Source: Thermoanaerobaculia bacterium (lineage in GTDB: Bacteria; Acidobacteriota; Thermoanaerobaculia; UBA5066; Gp7-AA6). Taken from it: 64,000 nucleotides of DNA. Both the position numbers and the translations under genes were made by a program. Shown piece by piece: positions 1-8,309 of this stretch. The notes under the pieces are model-generated. The model was not told the origin of the DNA. It did no database searches and was given only the letters and a program-made list of their open reading frames with translations. The stretch covers positions 90,544-154,543 of the forward strand of contig DATKAE010000084.1 in NCBI GenBank assembly GCA_035498405.1, given 5' to 3'. Each line of letters opens with the position of its first letter. The stretch's first letter is position 1.

Positions 1-121
1 CCGCGATTCGGCGAGTCCTCCCCCCGACCGTCGAGGTCCGACTGGAGGTTCTGCCGGACGAGCGGCGGCGGATTGCGATTGATCGGTTGAGCGATGGATC
101 CGCCGCCGGCGCGGGTCCGAC

Positions 122-763
122 CTAGAACGCGATGAGGATCCCGCCGTCGACCGAGCCGTTGGTCAGCCAGCTCTCATTGCTGCAGCCGTAGGGATCGCAG
201 TTGTGGTACCGGGTTGTCCCGAGCGAGGTTGTGTAGGCGCGTCCATCGAAGCGCAGCCCGAAGTGCGGGTTGATGAACCACTTGATCCCGCCTCCGAAGC
301 TGGCGGTGAAGCGGGTATCCGAGGAGGCGTTCACACCCGCAACGGTTGGCCGGAGTGTCGCGGCTCCGGCGCCGATCGTGACGTAGGGCACCACGCGGCT
401 GTGGCCGAAGTTGAAAGTGGCGTAGCCGAGAAAGTACTGAATGGTGAGGTCCCCAAGATTGGTCGCCCCGGGGCCGAAGACTCCACCGCTGTTGGTCGTC
501 TCGAAGTTCGATGGAGTGTAGGAGTACTGGAACTCGGCCTCGAAGAGGCTCGTGGCGTTATACCCGACCCTTCCGCCGTAGATGGGAGCGTCGGCGACGT
601 CGACCCTTCCCTGAAAGAGCGTCGTCGTGCCACGGGCGAAGGTGCCGCCGAAGAGATAGCCCCCGAACGGTTCGAGTTCGACGGTGCCCTCGCGGATCTG
701 ACCGAAAAGGGACGAGGCGGCGAGGAGGGCGACGGCGGCGAGGGAGAGGGTGCGAAGCTTCAT
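122..763 (-). CDS. outer-membrane beta-barrel protein (porin/OmpA-like barrel family)
   Basis: 213-aa ORF. Signal peptide MKLRTLSLAAVALLAASSLFGQ. Gly/aromatic-rich alternating strand pattern. C-terminus ...GGILIAF ends in Phe, as in OMP beta-signals. Confidence 0.6.
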   Translation of the reverse strand: MKLRTLSLAAVALLAASSLFGQIREGTVELEPFGGYLFGGTFARGTTTLFQGRVDVADAPIYGGRVGYNATSLFEAEFQYSYTPSNFETTNSGGVFGPGATNLGDLTIQYFLGYATFNFGHSRVVPYVTIGAGAATLRPTVAGVNASSDTRFTASFGGGIKWFINPHFGLRFDGRAYTTSLGTTRYHNCDPYGCSNESWLTNGSVDGGILIAF

Positions 764-793
764 GAGAGAGCCTCCGAATAGAGAGGAGTGGGT

Positions 794-1291
794 CTAGTGC
801 GACGACCTGCGCGCTTTCAGGTGCTTCTCGATGGTGTGCTTCCAGTGTTCCTCGACGTCCGGCGAATATCCGACCGCCCGATCGATCAGCGACCGGTCGG
901 GCCCGAGGATGAAGGTGGACGGAATCCCCATCGACGTCATCGCCCCGGCTTCTTCGGGAGCGGCGTAGTAGATCGGCAAGGAGAGGTTGTAGCGTTTCAG
1001 GAAGGGCTCGATGCGCCGCCGGTCGGCGTCGATGTTCACCGCCAGAACGACGAAGTTCCGGTCGCTGTAGCGGTCATACATCTTTTGCACGATCGGCAGC
1101 TCCATCCGGCAGGGGCCGCACCAGGTCGCCCAGACGTTCAAGAGAATGACGTTGCCCTTCAGCTGCGAGAGGCGAATGGAGCCCCCGTCGGCGCCCGCCA
1201 GCTCGAGATCCGGGAACGTCGGCGGCGGTTCCTGGGCGGCGGCCACGGACGCAGCGACGGCAAGGGACAAGGCGAGCAGGGGGCCGCGCAT
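794..1291 (-). CDS. TlpA/ResA-family thiol:disulfide oxidoreductase (thioredoxin fold)
   Basis: 165-aa ORF with a signal peptide (MRGPLLALSLAVAASVAAA) and the redox motif WATWCGPC. Confidence 0.8.
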   Translation of the reverse strand: MRGPLLALSLAVAASVAAAQEPPPTFPDLELAGADGGSIRLSQLKGNVILLNVWATWCGPCRMELPIVQKMYDRYSDRNFVVLAVNIDADRRRIEPFLKRYNLSLPIYYAAPEEAGAMTSMGIPSTFILGPDRSLIDRAVGYSPDVEEHWKHTIEKHLKARRSSH

Positions 1292-1395
1292 CGTTTCACG
1301 GAACCATCCGTCCGGGGCGATTATTTCCGCCGTCGGGGGGGAGGGGCCCGGGCGGACCCAAAGGCTCGCCCGTAGCTTAGAATTCGGTACAGATC

Positions 1396-3594
1396 ATGAC
1401 GGTTCCGCCCGCCCCGACGCGCGTCGAGTCCGCGCCGATCCTCCCTTCCGAGCCCGCTGCCTTCTCGCTTCAAGTGGTCCTGTCCGACGCCGCGACCGAC
1501 GGCTCGGGACCCTTCATCGTCCTCTCGGAGGATGAGGACTTCGCGCGCGTCTATTTGGCCGTCTTCAAGGGGACCGCCGACTGCGTCGTGGATTTCGCCG
1601 CGCTGAAGCTTCCGCGCAATACCCATCCGATACCGGTGATTCCCGATGCTTCGCTCAACAACGAGTCGATCGAGGCGCGCTGGAGTCTGGAGTCGGACCG
1701 GCTTCGGGAGCTCTCGTTGGCGGGGCTGCCGGTGCCGCGTTGGCTCCGACCGGGCTCGGAAGGGACCGAGAGGCTTCCACCGCTCCTCTTCTGCCTGCCG
1801 GACCGGCGTTTCTTCTCCCCTCCCTGCCCCCGGTGCGGTGCGGCACTGACGGTTTGCCGAGACGACGCCGTGCTCGCGGCGGCGCGGCTGCCGCTCTTCC
1901 GATCCTCGCTCGAGAGATTTCTCCATTGCCCGCGGTGCGCGGCGGAAAATCCGCCCTCCGCCTTCTACAGCTTCGATGCCCCGGCCGAGACCCCCGAAGG
2001 AGAATTCCTGACGGCGGTGGATCTCTATCGCGACCTCGGGGAGGCTCTCGCCGGCGCGGAGGAATCCGGGGCAGTGGCGGCCTCCTTTCCCTGCTCCGGC
2101 TGCCGAGAGGCCGCTCAGAAGTTTCAGACCGCGTTCGCTTCGGGCACCCGGGCCGCCCCTTTTTGGGAAGGCCGGTGGCAGCCGCTGAACTTCTACGACT
2201 CGCCGTTCGTGCTGACGGGCCTCGGCCAGCTCTCCCTGGACGAGTTTGGAGACTGGTTGGGGGGCCGACCCCGGGATTCCTTCGCCGGGGAGAAGCCGTC
2301 GCCGCATGCGCTCGCGCTCGGAGCGCGGCTGCGCTACCCGGTCGAGTTGGCGAGCGAAGGGCGGCTGCTCTTCGGCGGCGACGGATCCGGCATGGACGCC
2401 GTCGAGATCTTCTTCCTCAAGCTCACGGCCTTCCGGCAGATCGTGGGAGGCCTGCTCGCGTACTGCCGGCATACCGCAAGGCCGCATCTCGATCTTCATC
2501 CGCGCCACGCCCTGTTCGATCTCTCGGCCGCGGGCGAAGGGCTTCCCTCCGCCTGGACGTTCCGGGCCCGGATCCACGGGCTCTCTTCGGCGGCCCGCTC
2601 CGAGCGCTTGGCCGGAGCGGCGGACGTCGTCGTTCCGCCGCGAAACGCCCTTGCCCCGTATGCGCCTCCGGAGGCGCTCGAGTTTCATCTGACCGCCTCG
2701 CGCCCGGCGCAGCTCGTCCTGTCGGAGCTCGAAGCGGTCTCTCCCGGTCGCGACGCCGCGGGCGGCTGGCGCCTTCACGGACGGCTTTCGGATCCCTACG
2801 GAATGTATCCGGAGCCGAGCAATCGCGACTGGATCCTGGTCACGCTCGACAACGAGGCGCTCGGCTTGTCGGCTCTGACCTTCGTGTCCCGCCGGGATCC
2901 TCGAGTGCAGGGGGATCCGCGCGAGGCGCAGTTCATCAGCGAGCCGGTCGCCCTGGAGGAGCTGGCCGCCCAGCGCCTTAGGAAGAGTTTCGGTGTCCGG
3001 ATTCCGGGCGCTCGTTACAAGATCTACGCGGACTTCGGTGCCCCGAGCGACCTCTATTCGCTGGGAATGATCTTGCTTCGGCTGCTGCTCGGCAACGACG
3101 CGCAAGACGCCCGTGGGATCCAGGCGGCGGTCGAGAGGGTCGGCAAGCGGCTGGGCGCCGCGGGAGAAACGACGCTGTCGAGCGTGCTCGCCGGACCCGG
3201 CGCGGCGGCCCTCCTCGAGCGCGATCCCGAGTTGGCGGCGGCTTTCCGCAAGGCCAATGTCTTCTACCAGGCGCTGGACCGCGAGTCCGAGCGGCCCAAC
3301 GCGATTCCCGACGTTCTTTGGAAGCGGGCGCTGCTGTTGGGTCTCCGATTGGCCACGCGGCTGCCCGGCTTCTCGGTGTGCGCCAGTCCAGCCGACTACG
3401 ACGACCTGCATCCGACCGAGAAGATCGAGCGGCTCGGCAACGAGGTCGAGCTTCTCGCGGCGGAGGCGCGAGGCCTCCTCTTCGGCCGGCAGGGAGCGAA
3501 TCTCGAGATCCAGCAGGTCCTCGCGGAGCTGCTGACGGAGAAGGTGATTGAGGAGACGCCCGCGCGACGCGAGGGCGCATCGCGAGTCCCCTAG
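1396..3594 (+). CDS. uncharacterised protein with Cys-pair zinc-ribbon motifs and a degenerate protein-kinase-like core
   Basis: 732-aa ORF with normal amino-acid composition; the antisense ORF 1321..3411 is Arg/Pro-rich junk. Cys pairs CPRCG...CPRC and CSGC. LLAYCRHTARPHLDLHPRHALFD resembles the kinase catalytic loop (HRDLKPxN). SDLYSLGMILLRLLLG resembles kinase subdomain IX. Confidence 0.5.
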   Translation: MTVPPAPTRVESAPILPSEPAAFSLQVVLSDAATDGSGPFIVLSEDEDFARVYLAVFKGTADCVVDFAALKLPRNTHPIPVIPDASLNNESIEARWSLESDRLRELSLAGLPVPRWLRPGSEGTERLPPLLFCLPDRRFFSPPCPRCGAALTVCRDDAVLAAARLPLFRSSLERFLHCPRCAAENPPSAFYSFDAPAETPEGEFLTAVDLYRDLGEALAGAEESGAVAASFPCSGCREAAQKFQTAFASGTRAAPFWEGRWQPLNFYDSPFVLTGLGQLSLDEFGDWLGGRPRDSFAGEKPSPHALALGARLRYPVELASEGRLLFGGDGSGMDAVEIFFLKLTAFRQIVGGLLAYCRHTARPHLDLHPRHALFDLSAAGEGLPSAWTFRARIHGLSSAARSERLAGAADVVVPPRNALAPYAPPEALEFHLTASRPAQLVLSELEAVSPGRDAAGGWRLHGRLSDPYGMYPEPSNRDWILVTLDNEALGLSALTFVSRRDPRVQGDPREAQFISEPVALEELAAQRLRKSFGVRIPGARYKIYADFGAPSDLYSLGMILLRLLLGNDAQDARGIQAAVERVGKRLGAAGETTLSSVLAGPGAAALLERDPELAAAFRKANVFYQALDRESERPNAIPDVLWKRALLLGLRLATRLPGFSVCASPADYDDLHPTEKIERLGNEVELLAAEARGLLFGRQGANLEIQQVLAELLTEKVIEETPARREGASRVP

Positions 3595-3779
3595 AGTGCC
3601 GACGAACGACGCTCGGCCGGACGCTGTTTATAATGCCCACAGAACTCCGAACAACGGGAGAACGGAGTGAGGGCAATCCTTCTCGTGCATCTTGATGGGG
3701 TGGCTGTCGGGTCGGCCCGCGGAGGGTTGTTGAGACAGCCGGCGCAACGAGCTCGCCGCTGGGTAGCCTGAGCGGCCGG

Positions 3780-5747
3780 ATGCCTGAACGCCTGGCTCGA
3801 TCCTCGGATCCCGCCCTCTGTCTGGAAGTTTGGCTCGGCCCGATCGAGGGGATGCGGCACGTGGAGCCGGTGCCCGCCTCGAAGGACGCCGTCGTTCGGA
3901 TCGGGCGACGCCGCGCCGACGAGAAACGCGGCCTCGAGAATCAGTTCGTCCTCGCCGAAGGGGAGGGCGTCTCCTCCTTCCACGCCGAGTTGCGTTGCTC
4001 GGGCGGCAAGCTCTTCCTCAAGGACCTGAAGAGCACCAACGGAACGTTTGCGCGGAACAAGCCGGTCACGGGCGAGATCCCCATCGAATCCGGCGAGATC
4101 TTCTTGCTCTCGACGACTCCGGTGCGGGCCGAGTTGGTCGTCGACCCTCGCACGGAGGTCTCGGCGACGGAGAGCCCGGCGGAGGACCCCGCGGTCTCCT
4201 CGACGCTCAAGAAAATGCTCAGCCTGGCGCGTGAAGCGGCGCGCCGGCGCGGGGAGGCATTCGTCGACAGCCGGCACCTGGCCGAGGCGGTTCTGCGCTC
4301 CGGAGACGCGATCGTCGAGAAGGGCTTCGCTCGGGCGAAACTCTCGCGCGAGGAGGCGCTGGCGGATCTCTGGCGGGGCGGGCTCTTCCACGGGGGCACG
4401 GCCTGGCTCCAGCGGTTTCTTTCCGCGCCCGTTCAGGCGCGCACGATCCCGGACTCACCGGCCCTCTCTCCGCGGGCCCGGCGCGTCATGTCCGCCGCCG
4501 CCATCCGTTTGGCCGCCTATCCGTCGACCGAGGCGGAATCGCTCGCGCCGGTTTTCGTGCTCGCCGCGCTCCTGGCGGCCGGGGAAGGGCCGGTGGGCGG
4601 CTGGTTGAGCGAGAACGGTGTGCGTGCGGAAACCCCTACGCCGCCGCGCCGATCCGCGGGAAGAAAGACGGTCGCCGCGGCGGTGGCGCCGTCGAAGGAG
4701 GGTCGCCTTTCGCGAATCGACGAAGAGACGGTGGTCGCGCCGGTCGCCCGCCGCGAGAAGGCGGCAGCCGAGGCTGCGCGGGCGGAAGAGGAGGGAGCTC
4801 CTGCCACCGCCCTCCTGAGCAAACCGGCTTCGACCGCGGCCCATCCGACGGTGCCGGCCTTCTCGACGACGGGAGACAGCGTCCTCGACCAACGGGCTCG
4901 CGCCATCGCGCTCGAGCTCGAGGAGACGGCCACCTTGTACCGGTTCTCCACACCCGAGGACCGACGCACCGTGATGAAGGCCGTCGTCAACCGCTCGCTC
5001 GCGGCGATCGCGCCCGAAAACCGGACTCGGATTCTTTCGCAGATTCGCGTGCAGTTTCCGGTCGTCGGCGCGCCGCCACCCGCCGAGGCCGACGAGGTTC
5101 CTCGACTATTGCAACGGATCCAGGAGCTCGAGCAGCGCCTGGAGCGTTTGAAAGCGGAGAAGGCGGAGGCGTCGTCGCCCGAAAGGCTCCCCGCGGGTGC
5201 CGTGCCCTGGAAGGCCCTCTTGGCCGAGCGGCCGCCCGAGCCGCCCGCGACGGAGGGAGCCGACTTGCCTGCCCTCCATGCGCTGCTGACCTTCGCCCGG
5301 CACATGGAGCGCTTTCTTCTCGGCCTCGTTCAGGGCGTGACGATGCCCGGCGACGCGACGATGAGTTTTCGGCTGCCCGGCCACCGGTATACGCTGGAGG
5401 GGCTTCTTTCCGGATTGGAGCAGGGGAAACCGGTGGATCCGAAGACGGTTTCGGAGTATCTGCGCGAGCTGGAGCGCTGGCAAGTGGCGATTCTCGCGGC
5501 GCACCACGAATCCGCGCGGCTTTGGTTTGACAAACTCTGGAAGCGCGCGAGCCCGGCGGCGATCGAAGCTTCGACGGCCAAGGGCGGGACCTGGAAGATT
5601 CGCGGGGAGGCCACGGAATGGTGGAGCCGATACAAGGAAACGGTCAAAGGCCTGACGCCGGATGTGGTGCAGGACCAGGTGCTGCAAACCACGTTTCGGC
5701 TCGCTCAGGAGGAGTTCGACAAGCTTTCGAAGCGGAGGCAGTCATGA
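3780..5747 (+). CDS. tagH: T6SS-associated FHA-domain protein (TagH/Fha-like) with an internal Clp_N-like double repeat
   Basis: N-terminal FHA signature VVRIGRRR...SSFHAELRCSGGKLFLKDLKSTNGTF. Two Clp_N-like repeats (LSLAREAARRRGEAFVDSRHLAEAVL... and LSPRARRVMSAAAIRLA...VFVLAALLAAGEG). Its stop overlaps the tssJ start (ATGA). Confidence 0.75.
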   Translation: MPERLARSSDPALCLEVWLGPIEGMRHVEPVPASKDAVVRIGRRRADEKRGLENQFVLAEGEGVSSFHAELRCSGGKLFLKDLKSTNGTFARNKPVTGEIPIESGEIFLLSTTPVRAELVVDPRTEVSATESPAEDPAVSSTLKKMLSLAREAARRRGEAFVDSRHLAEAVLRSGDAIVEKGFARAKLSREEALADLWRGGLFHGGTAWLQRFLSAPVQARTIPDSPALSPRARRVMSAAAIRLAAYPSTEAESLAPVFVLAALLAAGEGPVGGWLSENGVRAETPTPPRRSAGRKTVAAAVAPSKEGRLSRIDEETVVAPVARREKAAAEAARAEEEGAPATALLSKPASTAAHPTVPAFSTTGDSVLDQRARAIALELEETATLYRFSTPEDRRTVMKAVVNRSLAAIAPENRTRILSQIRVQFPVVGAPPPAEADEVPRLLQRIQELEQRLERLKAEKAEASSPERLPAGAVPWKALLAERPPEPPATEGADLPALHALLTFARHMERFLLGLVQGVTMPGDATMSFRLPGHRYTLEGLLSGLEQGKPVDPKTVSEYLRELERWQVAILAAHHESARLWFDKLWKRASPAAIEASTAKGGTWKIRGEATEWWSRYKETVKGLTPDVVQDQVLQTTFRLAQEEFDKLSKRRQS

Positions 5748-6217
5748 ACGACGAATCCTGGCCCTGTCGCCTGCCACGGGTTTTCGGCACGCTTCTGTTG
5801 CCGGCGCTCCTTCTTTCGGCATGGGGGTGCGCGAGCTCTTCCACGCTGGACTTTCGCTGCGACTCGCCGATCAACGGAGGGCTCCTGCTGACGGTGGACA
5901 TCGTTCGGGCCAACGAGGCCCAGGCCCGGCAAATCGAGGCCCTCGGGGAGAAGTGGTTCTACGATCCGATGCGCGACACACTACGTGATCACACGACGAC
6001 GGTCACGTTCCCGACGAAGGACACCTCGGGGCTCTGCGAGCGCCATCTCTCGATCAAGGCCGAGGGAAAGGACAAGTTCCTCGTCATCATCGCGGACTAC
6101 AAGTACCAGAGCCCGGATGCGAGCCGGCAGCTCGTGGCACTGCCCTCGGATCGCTGGAAGGGGAAGACCCTCGACATCGCGGTTCACGACCGCGAGCTCT
6201 CCGTCTCGACGCACTGA
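5744..6217 (+). CDS. tssJ: T6SS outer-membrane lipoprotein TssJ
   Basis: Internal ATG at 5744 overlaps the tagH stop. Signal/lipobox-like LLLPALLLSAWGCASS. About 157 aa, placed directly before tssK-L-M. Confidence 0.65.
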   Translation: MNDESWPCRLPRVFGTLLLPALLLSAWGCASSSTLDFRCDSPINGGLLLTVDIVRANEAQARQIEALGEKWFYDPMRDTLRDHTTTVTFPTKDTSGLCERHLSIKAEGKDKFLVIIADYKYQSPDASRQLVALPSDRWKGKTLDIAVHDRELSVSTH

Positions 6218-6255
6218 AGGGCCGGAGCAGCCATGGAACAGGGCGAGGAACGGGC

Positions 6256-7623
6256 ATGAGCAAGACGCCGGAGGTGCACTGGTCGGAGGGCATGTTCCTG
6301 CGGCCGCACCACCTTCAACTGGCGGAGCGCCATCGGGGCGAACAGTTGCGTCAGGAGGTTCGGCGGCTCCAGCCCTTCTTCTGGGGAATCCTGAAGATCG
6401 ACATCGCGGCCGACCAACTCGAGAACTTCACGTTCGAAGTCCGTGACGCCGAAATGAAGCTCAAGGACGGAACGTCGCTTTCGCTCGCCTCGAACCTGAA
6501 GCTTCCGTCGCGCAGTTTCAAGGCGGAGCTCGACCAGGCGGGCGGGCGCATGCCGGTGTACGTGGGCATCCCGTCCTGGCGGGAGCTGGACGCCAACACG
6601 ATCGAGCCCGGAGAGAAGGAGGGTGGCCAGAACCGACGATACAGTGTCGAGACCCTGTCGGTCTTGGACGAGAACTCCGGCGCCAATTCGCAGCCGATCG
6701 ATGTGCGCAGGGCCAACGGACGGTTCTTCTTCGGCGCCGAGAGCCGCGAGGGATACGAATGTCTGCCGATCGCGTTGGTCGAGCGCTCGGGACAGGGCAA
6801 GAACACGCCGGTACTGTCCGCGGAATTCATCCCACCGGTGACGGAGCTCGGCGCCTGGCCGGTGTTGGAAAACCTCTGCCAATCGGTGAACAATCGGCTG
6901 GAGGCCAAGCACCGCTTTCTCGCGGGGGAGATCGCCGAAGGCAAGCTCACGGTGGACTCCGAAGGCACCACCGGATGGCAGCCAATCCTGAAGCTCCAGA
7001 TTCTGGGGTCGTTCCTCTATCTCTTCCAGCAGCTGACGCGGATTCCGCGGATTCATCCCTTCACGGTGTACGTCGAGTTTTGCCGTCTGGTCGGCGAGCT
7101 TTCCATGTTCTCCGGCGAACGCCAGCCACCCCGCGTGCCGCTGTACGACCACGACAACCTGGGGCCGTGCTTCTTCGAGATCACCCACACGCTCGAGATG
7201 CTGGCCGAGAAGATCGTGGCTTCCCGGTACATCAAGGTGGACTTCAAGATTCGGGAGGATCTGCTGGTCGCGGAGCTCGCACCCGAGTGGCTCGCCCCCG
7301 AAACCGAGGTCTACCTGCTGATCGAGTCGGAGCTCGACGAGAAGGACGTCAAGGGCCGAATCGAGGTCATGAAGCTCGGAACGGTCGCCGATATCCCCCT
7401 CCTGAAGCAGCGACGGCTCTTCGGCCTCGACGTCGAGATGTTGAAACGGGTGCCCTCCGGTTTGCCGGCGCGGGAAGATTACTTCTACTTCTCCATCGAG
7501 AAGGACGGGCCGTACTTCGCCAACGTCGTGCGAGACCGCATCATCGCGATCGCCGGAGCGACCGACCCGAAGATGAAGTTCGCGCTCTACATCGTCTTGA
7601 AGCCCGGAGGCGCCCGTGGATAA
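6256..7623 (+). CDS. tssK: T6SS baseplate subunit TssK
   Basis: N-terminus VHWSEGMFLRPHHLQ is the typical TssK signature. 455 aa. GAGGAA RBS upstream. Confidence 0.9.
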   Translation: MSKTPEVHWSEGMFLRPHHLQLAERHRGEQLRQEVRRLQPFFWGILKIDIAADQLENFTFEVRDAEMKLKDGTSLSLASNLKLPSRSFKAELDQAGGRMPVYVGIPSWRELDANTIEPGEKEGGQNRRYSVETLSVLDENSGANSQPIDVRRANGRFFFGAESREGYECLPIALVERSGQGKNTPVLSAEFIPPVTELGAWPVLENLCQSVNNRLEAKHRFLAGEIAEGKLTVDSEGTTGWQPILKLQILGSFLYLFQQLTRIPRIHPFTVYVEFCRLVGELSMFSGERQPPRVPLYDHDNLGPCFFEITHTLEMLAEKIVASRYIKVDFKIREDLLVAELAPEWLAPETEVYLLIESELDEKDVKGRIEVMKLGTVADIPLLKQRRLFGLDVEMLKRVPSGLPAREDYFYFSIEKDGPYFANVVRDRIIAIAGATDPKMKFALYIVLKPGGARG

Positions 7624-8308
7624 GCCTCGCGACAACACCGCCGAGCTCTTTCGCGTGACCTCGAAGCTCTTTCTCTTCCTGACCGCCTTCCGCCGGAGGG
7701 TGCGCAAGGGACTGCGCGTCGAGCTGCGAGATGTGTCCGACCGGCTCGACGAGATCTTCTCCGAGCAGGCGCGCGAGTCTCGGGACGAGCCTCGGCTCGA
7801 GGCGCTCTACGAGAAGGCGCGATATCCGCTGGTCGTGTTGGCCGACGAGATCCTGCTGCATTCGGGTTGGGAGTATGCGCCGCAGTGGGAAAGGCAGCTT
7901 CTCGAGGAGAAATATTTCAACACGAACATCGGCGGTGAAAAGTACTTCTCGATCGCCAACGAGCTCGACCCGGCCAAGGACACGGAGCTCGCCGCGATTC
8001 TCTCGACGGGCATCGCTTTGGGGTTCGGTGGCAAGTACCGCGAGCGGCCGGAAAAGCTCGCCGAGGCCCGCAAACGCCTGGTTCGCATGAACGCCGAATG
8101 GCTCGCCACACTGGGCGACAAGATCACGCCCGAGGCCTACCACGTGCTGCCGCAGCCCGGGCGGAAGCTTTCGCCGCTGATCAATCTCTACCGCGTCCTG
8201 ATCGTGGCTTTCGGCGTCCTCGTCCTCTACTACATCTTGGCGTTCGCGCTTTGGGGCTCGTCGATGGGGGAGCTACGCAAAGTGGCGGCCGCCCTGGGGC
8301 TGTCCTAG
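7616..8308 (+). CDS. tssL: T6SS membrane-complex subunit TssL (DotU/IcmH family)
   Basis: 230 aa. Overlaps the tssK end by 8 nt. DotU-like core (YPLVVLADEILL) and a single C-terminal TM helix (LYRVLIVAFGVLVLYYILAFALW). No peptidoglycan-binding extension. Confidence 0.85.
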   Translation: MDKPRDNTAELFRVTSKLFLFLTAFRRRVRKGLRVELRDVSDRLDEIFSEQARESRDEPRLEALYEKARYPLVVLADEILLHSGWEYAPQWERQLLEEKYFNTNIGGEKYFSIANELDPAKDTELAAILSTGIALGFGGKYRERPEKLAEARKRLVRMNAEWLATLGDKITPEAYHVLPQPGRKLSPLINLYRVLIVAFGVLVLYYILAFALWGSSMGELRKVAAALGLS

Positions 8309-8309
8309 C

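Noticed and set aside
1321-3411. 696-aa ORF antisense to the 1396..3594 gene. Similar very long antisense or alternate-frame ORFs occur at 6184..7707(-), 10095..11810(-), 38405..40879(-), 47291..50128(+), 58871..60679(-) and 61956..63671(-).
   Set aside because: Their translations are Arg/Pro/Gly/Ala-rich low-complexity strings with no motifs, which is typical of stop-free shadow frames in high-GC DNA. The opposite or alternate frame carries clearly recognisable proteins in each case (TssK, TssM, UbiD, SecA, DnaK, PrmA/RsmE).
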